In this document: positions 24,849 through 37,658 of the stretch, piece by piece | How positions within the stretch are numbered: the stretch's first letter is position 1 | Layout: every line of letters starts with the position of its first letter | Assembly: GCF_006345805.1 (NCBI RefSeq) | Contig: NC_043011.1 | Coordinates: forward strand, 22,518,464-22,582,463 | DNA: 64,000 nucleotides | Direction of reading: 5' to 3' | Source: Octopus sinensis | Lineage: Eukaryota | Translations under genes and position numbers: made by a program | Notes under the pieces: model-generated | What the model was told of the DNA's origin: nothing | Seen by the model: the letters and a program-made list of their open reading frames with translations, nothing else | The model's database searches: none

Positions 24849-25131
24849 AATGTGACCGCGTGTGTACCGTTGGCGATTTTTTCCCTCTGTCTTCCCTTCT
24901 CTGGATCTCTCCTTCTCCTATGTTTCCGACGAAGAGCTTCGCTCGAAACGTTAAACCTTCCTTCTTTCCTTCTTCCCTGAGCGTCCAATAATACTATATT
25001 TGTTCCACGTCCTCGCATTGTTATGTTTTTTTTTTGTGCTTTCTTGTTTGGATTAACTATATATATATATGAATATAGTTGTGTATATGTATATATATTG
25101 TAATCTTCTAATACTGAAACACGTGTAGTTC
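24745..25131 (+). ncRNA. Type I hammerhead motif with an expanded loop II
   Basis: GAAC-CTGAAGA-T-GTGTTGGAA [about 340 nt] TTCTAATAC-T-GAAAC-ACGTGT-A-GTTC. Stems I, II and the palindromic stem III all pair. Confidence 0.6.
24851..25058 (+). mobile_element. Second copy of the short hammerhead element (motif at 24922-24956, core CCGACGA)
   Basis: Reverse-complement homolog of 2841-3047, flanked by (TA)n. GTTT-CCGACGA-A-GAGC ttc GCTC-GAAACGTT-AAAC. Confidence 0.7.
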
Positions 25132-25469
25132 CTTAAGTATTAACTAAAGTAAGAGATAATTAGTGAAGTATATTATATACCCTGCTGGTAATTTTCGTTA
25201 TATCATTTAATTATTATATCGTGATGTGCAAACTGATACCATCAGTTTACTATCAGATATACTCATTAGGTTATTTTTGTACTATCTGAAATAGAATACC
25301 CGCATATCGATTAATTCCCCCAAAATTGAATTAATATTGACTTTTATAAGATACTTTGTATATTTATAGATAAATATATAAGTATACGATAAATAAGACC
25401 CCAAGGTACGATATGTAGATGCATATAATGCTGATGGGTTGTACCTGATTGATTTGGAAATTTGTTTTC

Positions 25470-25550
<81 letters not shown>

Positions 25551-25997
25551 CACAGTAGCCTTTAAAAAACCTATGGAGTTCTCAATTTTTTATACTTCGA
25601 TCTCGAATGCTATCGAAGTCAAAAACTATTCGTTTGTTGAGGACTATTAGAACGTGTGATTATAAAGCCTAGAGACTGTCAACATTATATGATACCGTTT
25701 AGCTCCAGATCAGACTTGATCAAGTAGACCCTCGATCAAAGTCGTTCTAACCGTGATCATATTGTCTTTTTGAGTGTTATGGACTACAATGCCCAATGAC
25801 TTTTATTTGAGACAGTAGTTTTAATGTTGTGCTTGCTGGTCATCAGTAAACATTTTATTTACTGTTTCACTAGTCTGATGACTGAGGATAATTTAAAAAA
25901 TCAACAATAGCAGCCACCACCATTTCCACCACCACTGTCATCACCATTAGTAGTGCTATCACTGAAACAACAAAAACAATAACAATAATATTCTTAC

Positions 25998-26030
25998 CTT
26001 TACTTGGCAGCCGATGGGAGAATTTAATCA
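25998..26030 (-). CDS. Mucin-like membrane protein, 33-nt microexon
   Basis: Acceptor ttctatttgtag, donor AAG/gtaaga, phase 1-1, open frame VIKFSHRLPSK. Confidence 0.6.
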
Positions 26031-26639
26031 CTACAAATAGAAGAATTTTCCAAGTTTAAATGAACGTATAGAAATATAGAATCAAATAAGATATGGCCTT
26101 AATCCAGATACTAATAAGTTTAAACTATAGTAACTATACTATAGTAACCATGTTTCAAATATCTCACTATTTTATCGTACCAACAGTACTTTTTAATAAA
26201 ATCAATCGGAGCGACTTCAACAATTTCTGACATATAGCTACTCTCATTTGCACCTCCTGCCGTGAGGTAGGTTCATCTGGGACTCTTGACAGGAAGAAAT
26301 TTGAAGCGAGACGGAGAATGATCGATTATATCAACTCTTGTACTTAAATAGTAGTTTTATGTTACCGAAGTTGGTAAATTAAAAGGTAAAGTTGACCTCG
26401 GCGGAATTTGAACTCGTAAAACACATACACAAATAGAACAAATACCGTAGGGCATTTTGTCCGACGCTCAGACGATTCGTTCAAATTTTTATTTCTCTCT
26501 CCATCCATCACACGCCTGTTCAATGATTTTATGAAACAAGACATTTCATAAAATTTGTGAAAATGTGTCCTATTATGACGTCATTTCAATCAGGATTTCC
26601 CAACATAGAAAATTAAAGAGAGGTAATACATTTGACGTG

Positions 26640-27045
26640 GAGGCACATGGCCAAGTGGTTAGAGAAGCAGACCCGCGGTCGAGGGATCGCAGGTTTGAAT
26701 CTCAGACCGGCTATGTGTGTGTTTATGAGCGAAACACGCAGCTTCGGCAGAAGGTAATGGCGAACTTTCATCCTTTGCCTTTCATCCTTTCGGGGTCGAT
26801 AAATTAAGTACCAGTTACGCACTGGGGTCGATGTAATCGACTTAATACTTATGTCTGTCCTTGTTTGAAATAGGTAATGGCGAACTTCTGTTGACTCTTT
26901 CGCCACAACTTTCTCTCACTCCTGCATCTAGCAGTTCAGCCGTAACGGACCGGCGCCCCGTCTAAGTGGGGAACCTATATGCCAATGAAACCAGGAAACC
27001 GGCCCTTATGAGCCAGACATAGCTCGAGAAGGACAAACAACAACA
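26640..27045 (+). mobile_element. Family C SINE with a nested 5'-truncated family A SINE
   Basis: Head GGAGGCACATGGCCAAGTGGTTAG. The nested insert 26768-26871 is flanked by TSD AGGTAATGGCGAACTT. Tail (AAC)n. Confidence 0.75.
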
Positions 27046-27468
27046 ATATATTTGATGTTTTTTTCCCTTTGCTCTATATTTTGTGTCAAACTTTTGATAC
27101 ATATCTATTTATCCATTATGACGTCATAATAAGTCGATTTCCCTCATAAATACGATCGATGATTTGCATGTTAATGAATATACGATAAAATTTTTTTTCA
27201 TTTATTTAAGTTATTGAATACGCAACGTAAGGAAAAATAACTTTTGGGTTTTACTTTGATCAAAGTTTATTTTTTCTTCGTACATCACAAAAAAAGCAGC
27301 TAAACTGTTAAAAGAAAGAGAAAAGTAATATAAAAAGTGACTGATTTACTAAAACCTTTAGTCAGAAAAAAATGTAAATTCTGCCGTAAATCTATTTCGA
27401 TTTATTGAATGGAGTTCCTTTTCACACTTGATATTACTTATTTGTGTGGTGGGTAATCTACTCTACTT

Positions 27469-27617
<149 letters not shown>

Positions 27618-28711
27618 GAGAGACAAATAGAGATTGCAGAATATTAAATTATATATTTCTAAAATGAATACTTTTTGTTGAGTAATATCAAAATACAGTT
27701 TATTAAGCTTCCACTCTAAATTTGAATAATTTAGCTAATTAAAATGTAACAAATATAACATATATTTCTGAAAGTGAAAACAGCGGTAAATTTAACTTTC
27801 TAATTCTTTCAAAGACTCTTTGTATTTATACTTAATGTAGTATAGTAAATGAACAAAAAGCTCAAATTTAAAATTTTACCACCCGGCCGTGTCAAAGAAT
27901 AGACCCAACATTTCTTCTCCGTGTCGTAAAAGGCGACTAATAGAAGTTAAGGTCGGATTTGCACTCCGAACTCGTAAAACCCACACCAGCAATGACTACC
28001 CAGACAGTTCGATGGGTTGGAGGGTTGTCGCCTGAGTGGTGCAAAGGTATACTCCGCCAGGAGTAGGGAATCACCAGCAAATGGTGAATGCAGTGATGTG
28101 TTGTTACAGTGCATGCCCCCATAATCCTACTGTTCATGCAACATAAATAAAAGAACTGTAATGATATTTTATAAGAGCTTTAGTTAACAATACTAATTTC
28201 TTTTCACAACCGTTCACCACAAAGTACATTAGAGGTCTAGGTCTTTTTAAATATAGTTAAATGGGACGGGGACTAACATTTAACGTGTTAATTAACAAAA
28301 AAAATCCTTAGCAGTGGTGATATTTCTTGCGAAGAAAGATAAGTGAGACAAATCTAAAATACAAATTAATTAGAAATTAAATGAGAAATGATCTTGGGTT
28401 AGGCAACTCTGCACATGTTTCGGTCTTCTTAGACCTTTTCAACGAAATATACTTTCAGAGCTTATCAGATCTAAGGTGACTTAGAGAATACGTATTTTGA
28501 GTGAAAAATATTCACAAATGAAGTGAATAGGCATCTATTGACTCATACTTTATGCTCTATCCGTTGTCATGTTCTAGTGACCCGACAACACGTTACATTA
28601 ATATATGAAGCTCGAGACATCCAGCAGAGATTTGACCTGACTCATATAAAACAGCAGCAAAGAAAACAATGTTGGTAAAGCCGGCATCATTTATACAGGT
28701 AAATTTCGTAC

Positions 28712-28799
28712 CTAAAGGATCTTCTGACGAATGGGTTAGTTCACCATTTGTCGCCGTAAAAACAAAGAAGGCGAATGTAGATAAAGAGTAAATATTCAT
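28712..28799 (-). CDS. Mucin-like membrane protein, first coding exon (signal peptide)
   Basis: Acceptor ttttattttcag 7 nt before gccATG. MNIYSLSTFAFFVFTATNGELTHSSEDPL, donor G/gtacga, phase 1. Implies upstream non-coding exon(s). Confidence 0.7.
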
Positions 28800-28939
28800 G
28801 GCGTAACTGAAAATAAAATAAAAGAAAAAGAAACATTGAAAATAATGCATCGAGTGTTTGAGTAGCAGAATGGAACATGTTCATCATGACACACACAGAC
28901 ACACACAGACACACACAGAGACACACACAGAGACACACA

Positions 28940-28970
<31 letters not shown>

Positions 28971-28990
28971 AACAGAAGAGAGACACAAAC

Positions 28991-29028
<38 letters not shown>

Positions 29029-29523
29029 GAGAGAACAGTTTCAATTCACTTATATAACCCTAATAACCAAAAGAAAAGCATAACGTTATCATTTCATTTT
29101 CTTAAAATTCCCAAACACGATGTAAAGAACATCGCTATTTTTGCTCTTTGTTGATTTCAAGCAAAACACGGGCATTTATCACAAAGGATGCACCTGAACC
29201 GCAAAGAAGTTCTTATTTAGAGACGAAAAAAGAAAAAAAAAACCTCTTTCAACCTAGACACGAGCAGCACTTATTGAGAGATGTCTCAGCAGCCCAATTT
29301 GCAAAACTTGAGTCTAATGGAGGCTAAAGGTCAGTTATTAGTTGATTTAGAAAGTGGGGATGTCAAAATAATAATTTTTAAAAAACCCTTGTGGAACAGT
29401 CATCAACATATTTATAGAAATGCTTTTGTAAGTTTATCCTTTCACAGAGTTACACAAACTGCAAGTAGTATTCTCAACGAACTATTCTAACTCTCAGAAA
29501 TGATATTTCCGAGGATATTAATG

Positions 29524-29760
29524 CATATTTCTTTACTACCCACCAGGGGCTAAACACAGAGAGGACAAACAAGGACAGACAAACGGAGTAAGTCGATTAT
29601 ATCGACCCCAATGCGTAACTGGTACTTAATTTATCGACCCCGAAAGGATGAAAGGCAAAGTCGACCTCGGCGGATTTGAACTCAGAACGTAGCGGCAGAC
29701 GAAATACGGCTACGCATTTCGCCCGGCGTGCTAACGTTTCGGCCAGCTCACCGCCTTACA
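29524..29760 (-). mobile_element. Full-length family A SINE with 15-bp TSD
   Basis: TSD CCGAGGATATTAATG at 29509-29523 and 29761-29775. Confidence 0.9.
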
Positions 29761-29849
29761 CCGAGGATATTAATGTCACCATCATTAAACAACCCTTACA
29801 AGGTCCAGTCTATGTTGCAATATGGTGGCTGGTGTGCCTCAATGGATTA

Positions 29850-30102
29850 TAAGTAAGTTTACCGCCATCAATTCATCGCAGGAGTGTTCACTGTGAAGAA
29901 AGTTCACTGCGAGGAAAGTTCACCGCAAGGAAAGTTCATCGCGAGGAAAGTTTACCGAGAAGATATATTCACAGTATCTCAGCATTAATAGTTAAAACTA
30001 TTTTATTGAAAAAAAAAAAAAAAAAAAACCAAAAAGAAACGGTGAATTGATGACGGTCAACTTTCCCTGCGGTGAATGGATGACGGTGAACTTACCGGAC
30101 AT
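29850..30102. mobile_element. TIR element with about 15-bp subterminal tandem repeats
   Basis: GTAAGTTTACCGCCATCAATTCATCGCAGG is mirrored by CCTGCGGTGAATGGATGACGGTGAACTTAC. Internal AAAGTTCACCGCGAGG-like repeats. A decayed relative lies near 5105-5290. Confidence 0.6.
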
Positions 30103-30283
30103 GGCTTCAGTGACCTTGAGAATTATGCAAGCGGAGTGCAAAGTCCTTGTAAGTCAAAAGATTGAAAAGAGAAAGGATACCAGATGGTTTCGGCTGGAAC
30201 AGCTTTGATTACAGGTCCGCTTGACCAAAGATACCTGCGGTTAAACAACAACAACAATAGCAGCAGCAGCAGGAGCAGCAGCA

Positions 30284-30650
30284 GCAGGGCAGCGGACTCG
30301 CGGTCAGAGGATCGCGGTCAGAGGATCGCGGTTTCGATTCCCAGACCGGGCGTTGTGTGTGTTTATTGGGCGAAAACACTTAAAGCTCCACGAGGCTCCG
30401 GCAGGGGGTGGTGGCGACCCCATGTGGTACACTTTCGCTTCAACTTTCTCTCACTCTTTCTTTCTGTTTCTTGTCCCCGACTTTCTATGCAACCGCTGAG
30501 CCTGGATGCGCATTCATCCATCCGTCGATGCTCTCGGTGTCGGGGGTCGACCTGCTTTCTCTTCTGCGGGTCTTACGAATAGCAAAGGACCACGTTTCGG
30601 ACTTCTCCCATCTTGCGAGCTCTGGGACGAAGACCGTTCGCTCAACAGCA
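30284..30650 (+). mobile_element. Family C SINE embedded in (AGC)n/(AAC)n
   Basis: GCAGCGGACTCGCGGTC...GGTTTCGATTCCCAGACCGGGCGTTGTG, homologous to 36225-36609. Confidence 0.75.
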
Positions 30651-30934
30651 ACAGCAACAGCAACAGCAGCAGCAGCAGTATCACCCTTAACATTGCTGCT
30701 ATTAATCTTTGTCACTACCATCACTATCTCTACAAGCAAGAACAGCACCAACATAACCGTTACATACAAAGGAATGAAAACGCTAGACATTTTAGACATA
30801 TTATGTCAAATTATAAGATGCGATGGTCTTGGCTAGAAAGTCGTTATCGACCATAAGTTTTGTTACAATACAAATGAAATACCATCTCGACGCTTAACCC
30901 CACATATACAATGTATCCCTCCACCCACTCCAAG

Positions 30935-31275
30935 TAACCATAACCACCGGCATAACCAACACCCCCACCCTCAACACCAACACCACTGCTGCCGCCATCG
31001 TCACCGCCACCGCCGCCAAAGTAGTCACTACCGTCCTCGCTACCACTGCCGCCACCGCCGTTTCCGCCGCCACTGCCGCCACCACTGCCGCCGCCTCTAC
31101 CGTCACCACCTCAGTGCTGCCGCCACACCAGCTCTGCTGCCACCTCCAACACCATCGCCAGCGCCGTCACCACTGCAACCCCCACTACTACCTCAATCAA
31201 CACCGAAGCCACCGCTATCACCACTACTCTCCTCTATCTAGTAACCTCCACAACTCCTGTAATCTCAACCACTAT
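30935..31275. repeat. Degenerate (CCA)n/(GCC)n trinucleotide repeat
   Basis: Direct reading. Confidence 0.8.
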
Positions 31276-31648
31276 CTTTCTTGAGATTATATACAGTACA
31301 TTCTCCACAAGATACTTCCTTCTGCATTGTTCACAACACATCTCTTTTCTCTAAAGACCCTCAAACAACTTCAGCCCGAGGTGATCCGCATTTTAATAGA
31401 GACCGGATACATTTCAAACAGACAGATTTAAGTAAACAATCCTTTCACATTCTGTACTTTGGAGGTCATAAAATCATCCAAGTCAAATAAGTTAAATCTT
31501 GACTAGACGGACATCAGGGATTTCACTGTTTGTCTCCATTAAGTAACAGAGCGGGCTTTTTTTTTCATTATTTTTATTTTTAAGCGGTGAAAAATCTGGC
31601 TGCATGACAGAACTCACGTTTTGCCTTTTGTGTGATGTGTGTGTGCAT

Positions 31649-31713
<65 letters not shown>

Positions 31714-31969
31714 ATTACCAATATAGAGTCATTGGCTTTCGTGTGTTCCACTCATTCAAATAGTTATCGCTGTATGTAAGTCTGTACAACTCGACAGTCT
31801 ATTTGTATTTATTAACCACACACACACACACAATCACATGTATGCATGCACACTCTTACACATACGTACACACTCATACACACACACATGTACGCATACA
31901 TACTCACACACCTCATACACAAATTCGAAAGCAAAGCATTGTCATACGGTCAGATACTATGGAAACACT

Positions 31970-33410
31970 TATGAGAAATATCTATTGAGACCAGTGAGAG
32001 GCAGAACATCGAAGGTATTTGAAGTCAATGCTACACAGGAAATCGGTTAAAACAGTAGTCAACAGGGCATTGCAACAGTTACTTACAGCCGGAACGACGA
32101 TTGGCGATCGCATGAGAGTTGTAACACTTGTATTACTGAGAACGTTGATAGCATCATATGAATATAACATCTTATGTGCAAGAAGTCGACCGTGGTCAGA
32201 TTGATGGTAACTGTTATAGACAGGCCGAATTCCTTGAATATGTTTATCACGTCCTTCCTGGACTTGTTCATGGCGTGGCGGCTCATATGGCTTTGGATTT
32301 GCCAGGCAATCGTCCCTATAGAGGGCCAACCAATGTGGTTGCGTGCATTTCTAGAAAGTATCCAAGATAAATAACCCGACGAGTCCGGCGATCTCAGTCC
32401 CGTCGTAGCACCTCATAGAAACGTCGAACAGTAAATCGACTGCTTTCTTCACTCAGACAGTGTATCGTCCTGAACCAAGATTGACTTTCTGACGTTCACG
32501 ATGATTCTGACATCGAGATCACTCGTGCTAATGAATTACTTAGAAAGATTTAGAGCCTTCAAGAGGAGGGTTTTCGATACAGAAGGGTAAAAGTCTACGG
32601 TGTCAAACGCATTAGACTGCAGGCTGATTTATTCTCGATACTGTGAAACCAGTCGATCAGGGCCGCGCTGGAATCCCATTGAATCAACCCTGTGGCCCTT
32701 CTAATGTCAGAGTTGATGGTATCAAGAATGCGGCGAGCTGGCAGAAACGTTAGCACGCCGGGCGAAATGCGTAGCCGTATTTCGTCTGTCGTTACGTTGT
32801 GAGTTCAAATTCCGCCGAGGTCGACTTTGCCTTTGCATCCTTTCGGGGTCGATAAATTAAGTACCAGTTACGCACTGGGGTCGATGTAATCGACTTAATA
32901 CCTATGTCTGTCCTTGTTTGTTCCCTCTATGTTTAGCCCCTTGTGGGTAATAAAGAAACAGGTATCAAGAATGCGCTTTCTAACAATACCTATATCACTT
33001 TTAGAGGGGTTGATCAGCCTGCATTTAGGGTTGTAGAGGAATTTAGGCATGTGGTCTTTAAGTGTAATGTGCGGAGGTCGCGTGGTAAGGCGGTCTACAC
33101 GACCTTCTATGTTACGGCGGATAGCTAGCTCCTTCGCGTCTGAATTTATCATTGAATGTGGAGTTGCAAGTTTTCTTGTGTGTCTTGGTGATTATGTTTG
33201 TGAGAAGCCTTGCGTGTGTGGAGATGCATGTTTCATAAATCTTCTTTATTTAGTCTGCGAAGATATGTAGATTAGGCGATTGCTTAATTTTGGCCATGTA
33301 GTCATTTAAAGATTTGAGGAAAGTTTTAGAACGATGCCGAAATATTACCTTCTATATGACCCTCTTCTTTGAGCCTTAAAGCTCTCAACCTCTCTCTCTC
33401 TATTTCTTTC
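31970..33410 (-). pseudogene. Penelope-like retroelement RT pseudogene
   Basis: HITLKDH...PKCRLINPSKSDIG...RILD, DFYPS, FDVSM..YDG.EI..LVGLFIL and LYRDDCLA (RT YxDD). Frameshifts and stops, split by a SINE. Confidence 0.8.
32733..32960 (+). mobile_element. Family A SINE with 15-bp TSD inserted in the PLE
   Basis: TSD GGTATCAAGAATGCG at 32718-32732 and 32961-32975. Confidence 0.9.
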
Positions 33411-33431
33411 CTTTTTCTTTTCTCTTCTATT

Positions 33432-33477
<46 letters not shown>

Positions 33478-33497
33478 ATTATATATATATATATATA

Positions 33498-33774
33498 TCA
33501 CCGTGACCGACCAGGCTATCAGATGTTGCTACACATCGCTGGTCACAATGCGCTTCGCATTGTTTTAGCCTTTAAATGACGCCACCCCGCTGGCTAAGAA
33601 AGAGTGAGAGAAAGTTGTGGCGAAAGAGTACAGCAGGGATCGCCACCATCCCCTGCCAGAGCCTCGTGGAGTTTTAGGTGTTTTCGCTCAATAAACACTC
33701 ACAACGCCCGGTCTGGGAATCGAAACCATGATCCTACCCGCGAGTCCGCTGCCCTAACCACTGGGCTATTGCGC

Positions 33775-33775
<1 letters not shown>
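33498..33775 (-). mobile_element. Family C SINE
   Basis: Reverse complement of the family C head (AGCCCAGTGGTTAGGGCAGCGGACTCGCGG...GTTTCGATTCCCAGACCGGG). Confidence 0.7.
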
Positions 33776-33816
<41 letters not shown>

Positions 33817-33822
33817 ATATAT

Positions 33823-33866
<44 letters not shown>

Positions 33867-34050
33867 TATATCTATATATATATATATATATATATATCTA
33901 TATATATATATATAAGGCGAACTTGCAGTATCGTTAGCACGTCAGGCAAAATAAATGCTTAGTGGCATTTCATCCGTCTTTATGTTCTGAGTTCTAATTT
34001 CACCGAGGTTGGCATTACCTTTCATGTTTTCAGGGTCGATAAAATAAGTA

Positions 34051-34137
<87 letters not shown>

Positions 34138-34241
34138 CATACATGCATATGTATACATACATACAGCCGCACACATGCATATATAAAGTGTATGTATGTA
34201 TGTATCTTTCTTCCTTCCTTCCTTCCTTCCTTCCTTCCTTC

Positions 34242-34291
<50 letters not shown>

Positions 34292-34869
34292 CTACTCCTT
34301 CCCGGACGTCTCACCAACTTTGAGAAGTTGCTAAATAACTTCTCTCACCAGTGTTTTGTATTGTAATTATTTTTCTCTGGCTTCTCTTAACCTGCATACA
34401 CTTCTACCACACTCCTCACATTCCTCCACTTGTACCTCACCGACCCGCCCGCTCGCTCGCTTCATGCGCGCGCGCACGCGCACACACATCACTCCCTCGC
34501 TAACCTGCGTTCCTATACATCCGTAATTTCATACTTGTACACATACACACAAACACACTTGCTCCTCTATAAAAACTACTCATACCATTCTCACCTCACA
34601 CATATGACTATCTCCAAACACAGATACACTTCTATACTTGCATTTAAGAGAATTCCTGGTGTTTGTAAATATGTGATTGAGTTGGTGCGTTGGTTGAACT
34701 GTCGAGTATGTGCATCTTTTCACTTAAAAAATCTCAAATAGGGAATTTTTGGAATGTCTTAGAAATCTTCACTATACCGCTAATGGATTAAATTTGTAAA
34801 ATCCGCGCCAGTTTTATTTGCTCTTTCTTTGTAAAAACGAATATTTCTAGTTTTTTTTTTTTTTGGTGC

Positions 34870-36950
34870 AAATTTGTAGGTACATAAACTATGTACCTGT
34901 GACGATAGAAACAAATAAGAATTTATAGCCGGCATACAAGAGCTCTAAGTTCTGCATTAATTCACCATAAAAGTTCTCTTTTCCTGGGCTTTTGATTATA
35001 TACATCCACATCCGCTGGGCAGCTGACCTCTACAACAGTTCAATATCAGGTCCGTTATGTTTGCACCGAATTACTGTTTTTATTGGAGTGTTCCACGAGT
35101 ATTCCTTGTTTTCAAAGTTGTGAATATCTGCTGGTTCTGACACACCTTTGATGTATGCCAATACATTCCTTCCTGTGAATATCATATACGCCATGCCTCG
35201 GGGCAGGTAGTATCTCGTAGACAATCTGGGACAGCTGTTGTTGATGTGGGTGATATCTCCATACTGGTATAGTAGAGCCGACATTTTCTATCACAACGTG
35301 GAGTTTGGTGGTATATTTGTCCCTCTTGTTTATCAAGTATTTAATATCTTTCTCCTGTTCCCGGATAGCGACGCCATATCCTTCTAGGTGGGATGTAGTG
35401 TATCTATTATAGGTCCAAGAGAGGATACTCTTCATGTCAATGCTGTTGTTGCCCTCTAGCTTACGGGTCTTGTACCAATGCATTGCTTTTTGTTGCTATG
35501 ATGTCTGCTTCATTTTCAAGCTTGTTTAGGTAGGCTAGCCCAACCTCCTTTGGGTCGCATGAGACATTTGCATTCTCAGAGTACCTGTACAGCAGTTCCT
35601 CATCGATTCCGAGGTATTTGTAGTTTTCATCATTAAAGATAGAGGAGAGAGACAAGCCGTTGATATACATGTTTTCCTCGGCTGATTATCATGTATGAAC
35701 GCTTATCTTGCCTAGACTCCATTCGTAAATCTCGTGAAAATGTTGTGACTATTTCCAATTGCCACTTGATATCAATCCTATTACCAGAATATAACTTTAG
35801 GTCATCTACAAAAATTGTGTGGGTGCATTAATTTTATTCTTTTCTGCTTGTTCCAGCTTGTATCCTTTTGCATTTTGTTAACAGGGTCGACAAGGGATTC
35901 GCTGCCAGTAGAAACAACATTACAGATAAACTATCACCCTGGAAGATGCTTGTTGATAACTTAATTCTGTTTATAACAATAGGTGTTGTCAGTGACGACT
36001 GTGTGGAAACGTGTGGTCGGCCTTTCAACAGCATTCACAATAGCAACTGGGACTTTGGTTAGGTGTAGTGGTTTATCATCCATGAACGAGGCATAGAGAT
36101 TACGGAGATGTTGCTTGGCTTCTTTAAGAACATCTTTGTCGAGGAGTAACTGTTCAGCATGGCCCCAGCCTCCTTTCTTTTTTCCTGTCTGTTCATCAGT
36201 CATCACACCATTTGTTTGGCAGTCGGAGGCGCACTGGCCCAGTGGTTAGGGCAGCGGACTCGCGGTCATAGGATCGCGGTTTCGATTCCCAGACCGAGCG
36301 TTGTGAGTGTTTATTGAGCGAAAAACACTAAAAGCTCCACGAGCTCCGGAAGGGGATGGTGGTGATCCCTGCTGTACTCTTCACCACAACTTTCTCTCAC
36401 TCTTACTTCCTGTTTCTGTTGTACATGTATTTCAAAGGGCCGGCCTTGTCACTCTCTGTGTCACGCTGACTATATCCGAGAACTACGTTAAGGGTACACG
36501 TGTCTGTGGAGTGCTCAGCCACTTACACGTTAATTTCACGAGCAGGCTGTTCCGTTGATTCGGATCAACCGGAACCCTCATCGTCGTAACCGACGGAGTG
36601 CTTCCACACTGTTTGGCAGTCATCTGAGAGAAAGACATTCAAACAACCTGTGTACAGTTTATATATAACATTCAAGCATGTTACGAGCCTATAGCTTTTG
36701 GCCATATGAGTTCTATTATTAGCCAATCTGTATATCTAGCTCAACATCCATTTTTTAAAATAGGTTTGTTAGAGTTTCCCTGTAGAACGTGGTTTTTTGT
36801 ACTGTAGCCAACTATCAAGCCTCCACCAGATGATTTCTAATTCGGTAGCCTCATAATAACTGTCAGGACTGTTTCACTGGTGATGTTATATGTTTTGGGA
36901 AAGGAATTTGCATAATACTCACTTCATAGTTCGTTTAATCATGCTGCACC
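34870..36950 (-). pseudogene. R4/Dong/NeSL-like (restriction-like endonuclease) non-LTR retrotransposon relic
   Basis: IFQGDSLS.MLF.L...PL, FVDDLKLY and YKYLGI, a C-terminal HI...CP.L...YY..R zinc-knuckle region, and WN.PI.T...N.PDI endonuclease motif. Many frameshifts. Confidence 0.8.
36225..36609 (+). mobile_element. Full-length family C SINE with 12-bp TSD
   Basis: TSD TGTTTGGCAGTC at 36213-36224 and 36610-36621. tRNA-like A box TGGCCCAGTGG and B box GTTTCGATTCC. Confidence 0.9.
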
Positions 36951-37158
36951 GCGGTGGTGTTCCTTGTCTACATTACGGATAATGTATGTATGTATGTATG
37001 TATGTATGTATGTATGTATGTATGTATGTATGTATGTATGTATGTATGTATGTATGCATGCATGCATGCATGTAGGATGTATGTATGTATGTATGTATGT
37101 ATGTGTGTATGTGTGTGTGTTGTGTGTATGTATGTATGTATGTAATGTTGTTGTATGT

Positions 37159-37258
37159 NNNNNNNNNNNNNNNNNNNNNNNNNNNNNNNNNNNNNNNNNN
37201 NNNNNNNNNNNNNNNNNNNNNNNNNNNNNNNNNNNNNNNNNNNNNNNNNNNNNNNNNN
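37159..37258. other. Assembly gap (100 N)
   Basis: Run of N characters. Confidence 1.
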
Positions 37259-37383
37259 CAAATGGAAGAATGCTACTGCTATTTAGCCCCAGGAAACACC
37301 GTTTCCAGTTGGCTATGTGCGTACTATGTCCTTAAGTTTTCAAACAGGGGAGATAAGCACCTCCACCCAGAAAAACCAGCAAT

Positions 37384-37422
37384 CAGAGACTAGTTTCAGA
37401 GTCATTACTCTTCATCGGTCTG
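37384..37422 (-). ncRNA. Type I hammerhead motif (U4C core variant)
   Basis: Minus strand CAGA-CCGATGA-AGAGT aatg ACTCT-GAAAC-TA-GT-C-TCTG. Stems I, II and III pair, GUC cleavage triplet. Confidence 0.6.
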
Positions 37423-37512
37423 GAGTAGCTTGGCTTGCTAGCTGTCGATGCTTAGTCACCTTTGAAAACAGACAGCCTCATTAAATTCAAGTGAAATAAA
37501 TTCACTGATCTA

Positions 37513-37571
<59 letters not shown>

Positions 37572-37617
37572 AATATTATCTATGCACATACTCAAACATC
37601 AGCAAAATACAGGATGC

Positions 37618-37658
<41 letters not shown>

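Noticed and set aside
30184-31109. Cluster of ORFs with poly-N/S/A/T tracts
   Set aside because: Made of a family C SINE plus trinucleotide repeats, with no splice or domain support.
36225-36300. tRNA genes (also 44570-44633 and other SINE heads)
   Set aside because: A and B boxes are present but the acceptor stems do not pair, and the heads run into SINE bodies.
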